Assembly: GCA_965227835.1 (NCBI GenBank)
Contig: OZ245768.1
Span: forward strand, 180,001-212,000
Source: Candidatus Saccharimonadota bacterium
GTDB taxonomy: Bacteria > Patescibacteriota > Gracilibacteria > BD1-5 > UBA6164
Direction of reading: 5' to 3'
DNA length: 32,000 nt
This document shows, one piece after another, positions 30,150-32,000 of the stretch; position 1 is the stretch's first letter; each line of letters opens with the position of its first letter. Below the pieces are notes generated by a model. The model was not told where the DNA came from. It did no database searches and saw only the letters and a list, made by a program, of their open reading frames with translations. The position numbers and the translations under genes are program-made.

Positions 30150-30884
30150 TTATGCTTTTTTATAAGCACGAACCACATTAACCATCATAGTTTCAGTTGA
30201 AGAATAAACACTATTTGAGTTTACCTTTCACTTTTCACTAAATTCTCAGCTACTATCTTGAAAAACTACATTAAGCATAATTTCTCAACTTCCATATTCA
30301 CAATAACTTACTATTTTAAATTTTCTACTAAGTCATGAAGAATAGCTATCATAATAAATAGTCTTTGTATCTAAATCCTTAGGTTTTACTCTACATCTTC
30401 TTGATTCTATTGTAACTGGACTTTTTTCCCAAGGAGCTCTATCTTCTATACTTCAAGCACAAGGAATATTAAAATTTATTCTTGGAATACTAAAAGGTTT
30501 ATTACTATTACTTATACTGTAAGTATTTTTACCCATTTTATAATTCATTATATCTGAAGGTGTTCAAGCCCGAATTGTTCCATTACTGTCTTTATATAAT
30601 CAATCACCCATTTCTTCTAAATTTCAAACTGTATTACTATACATGTAATTTATTGGAATATGATTAGATAAAGGATAACCTTTAGTTCAATGCTTAAAAT
30701 ATTTAGTAGTACCTCTTTCTTGTTCTGAAGGTACTTTTGATCTTAATATTTCATTTACATCTGAGCTAACTACATCTGTGTGACCACTTGAAGTATCTCA
30801 TTTTCCTAAAAGAGGTCATTTTAGTTTACCCTTATCAGGACTTCCTCCTCCTAAAACTGAAGTATCAAACTCTGTCGTATTCAT
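30150..30884 (-). CDS. hypothetical protein (244 aa)
   Basis: MNTTEFDTSVLGGGSPDKGKLKGPLLGKGDTSSGHTDVV...RINFNIPCAGSIEDRAPWEKSPVTIESRRCRV...MMVNVVRAYKKA. About 17 TGA-Gly codons, no signal peptide, no family recognised. Confidence 0.5.
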
Positions 30885-31030
30885 TTTTAATATAATTAAT
30901 AAAATAAAATTTTGATTATAACAATATATAGATTTTTTAAATAAAGTCAAGTTTTTTATTTTTGACATTATTTTCAAGTATAGTTATATTTTAAATATAA
31001 ACTTATTTTACTTTTTAACAAATTAAAAAT

Positions 31031-31315
31031 ATGGCTAAGCAAAGAGATTGACTTTTTTGATTTATGGGAGAAACAGTAGATTTTATTTGAGAACAAACTG
31101 GGGATTTGGTTTGAGGTACAGTTTGAATTGTTGCAGGAGATGATGCTTGAGAATATGTAAGAGAATCAATAAATAATACAGCTGAAGATATTTGAGATGT
31201 ATTATCTTGAGATTTAACTGATGATGATGATTCAAAATGACCTATTCCTAAAGTTGCTAGGGTAGTGTTGCCTTTATGAACTCCAATTAGCAAAGCCTTG
31301 AAGAGTGATGACTAA
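31031..31315 (+). CDS. small Gly/Asp-rich protein (94 aa), table-25 reading
   Basis: MAKQRDGLFGFMGETVDFIGEQTGDLVGGTVGIVAGDDAGEYVRESINNTAEDIGDVLSGDLTDDDDSKGPIPKVARVVLPLGTPISKALKSDD. Twelve TGA-Gly codons. Its stop overlaps the tilS start (gtgATGACTAA). The opposite strand also carries a standard-code ORF (31015-31293), so the strand call is uncertain. Confidence 0.45.
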
Positions 31316-32000
31316 AGAAATAAAAAATTTTTTAGATAAATATGATATTTGAAATCAATACATAGTTCTTGCCTGTTCTTCAGGACCAGATTCTATGTAT
31401 CTTTTTTATGAGTTTTTGAAAACAAAATATAGAAAAAACTTGATAGTTTGTTATTTTAACCACAAAACTAGGGTGGAAACAGACGAAGAAGAAGACTTTT
31501 TGAAAGACTTTTGTTTGAAAGAAGATATAAAGTTTGAAACTAAAACTTGTGATTTTGAAAAGTTAAAAAAAACATCTAACACCAATAACTTTGAAGAATT
31601 AGCAAGAAATGAGAGATATAAATTTTTTCAAGAAGTTTGCAATAAATACTCTACAAAAATAATTTTCACTGCTCATCACCTAGACGATAAAATAGAGACT
31701 TTTTTTTTCAATTTACTTCGTGGTTCTAAATTAACTTGACTTATAAATATGAAAGAAGAATCTGTTATTTCAAAAGAAAAAATAAAGGTTTTTAGACCTT
31801 TACTTGATGTAGAAAAAAAAGATATACTTGATTTTCTTACACAAAATAATCTTAAGTTCTTTGTTGATGATACAAATTTTGATAAAAAAATAACTAGGAA
31901 TAAACTAAGGCTTGATGTTATGCCTATTTTTCCTTCTATAAATTCAAAATACAAGCAAAATATATCAAATTTTCAAAACTATCTGTTTTATTTAAAGGAT
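31308..32000 (+). CDS. tilS: tRNA(Ile)-lysidine synthase, 5' part (runs off the right edge)
   Basis: MTKEIKNFLDKYDIGNQYIVLACSSGPDSMYLFYEF (PP-loop SGGxDS variant), [42 protein letters not shown]. In frame with track ORF 31395-31739. Confidence 0.85.

Noticed and set aside
31015-31293. Track ORF, minus strand, 92 aa (Ser/Gln-rich)
   Set aside because: The plus-strand table-25 frame is coupled to tilS by an ATGACTAA overlap and places TGA in Gly-rich contexts, so I prefer it. I hold this rejection with only moderate confidence.

Overview
This is a strongly AT-rich bacterial chromosomal window that only makes sense if UGA is read as glycine (translation table 25, as in Gracilibacteria/Absconditabacteria-type CPR bacteria). 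The supplied standard-code ORF track breaks almost every real gene into pieces. I re-translated both strands by hand with TGA=Gly and TAA/TAG as the only stops. This gives about 33 CDS and no rRNA, tRNA or CRISPR array.

Housekeeping genes:
- photolyase, trmB, metG, galU, glyQS, mraY, tilS (3' partial)
- htpX and a Ste24-like M48 protease
- a Kv-like K+ channel
- chorismate mutase
- an isolated leuA-family synthase

Accessory or unusual content:
- A 17-codon leader peptide with five consecutive Leu codons, plus a mutually exclusive antiterminator/terminator, lies directly upstream of leuA.
- An SF2 helicase with two C-terminal HTH-like repeats is flanked by two paralogous small genes (about 177 bp of direct DNA repeat).
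- Two small genes have a Shine-Dalgarno site and no TGA codon, so they look foreign to this recoded genome.
- An IS200-type element carries a tnpA full of TGA-Gly codons. It sits between a Met/Glu-rich thioredoxin lipoprotein (with a CcdA-DUF3179 fusion) and a Met/Glu-rich secreted repeat protein.
- polA is truncated after the ExoII motif.
- htpX has an apparent 1-nt frameshift in an A5 run.
- Two families of structured intergenic repeats are present.

All coordinates were counted by hand and may be off by a few nucleotides.
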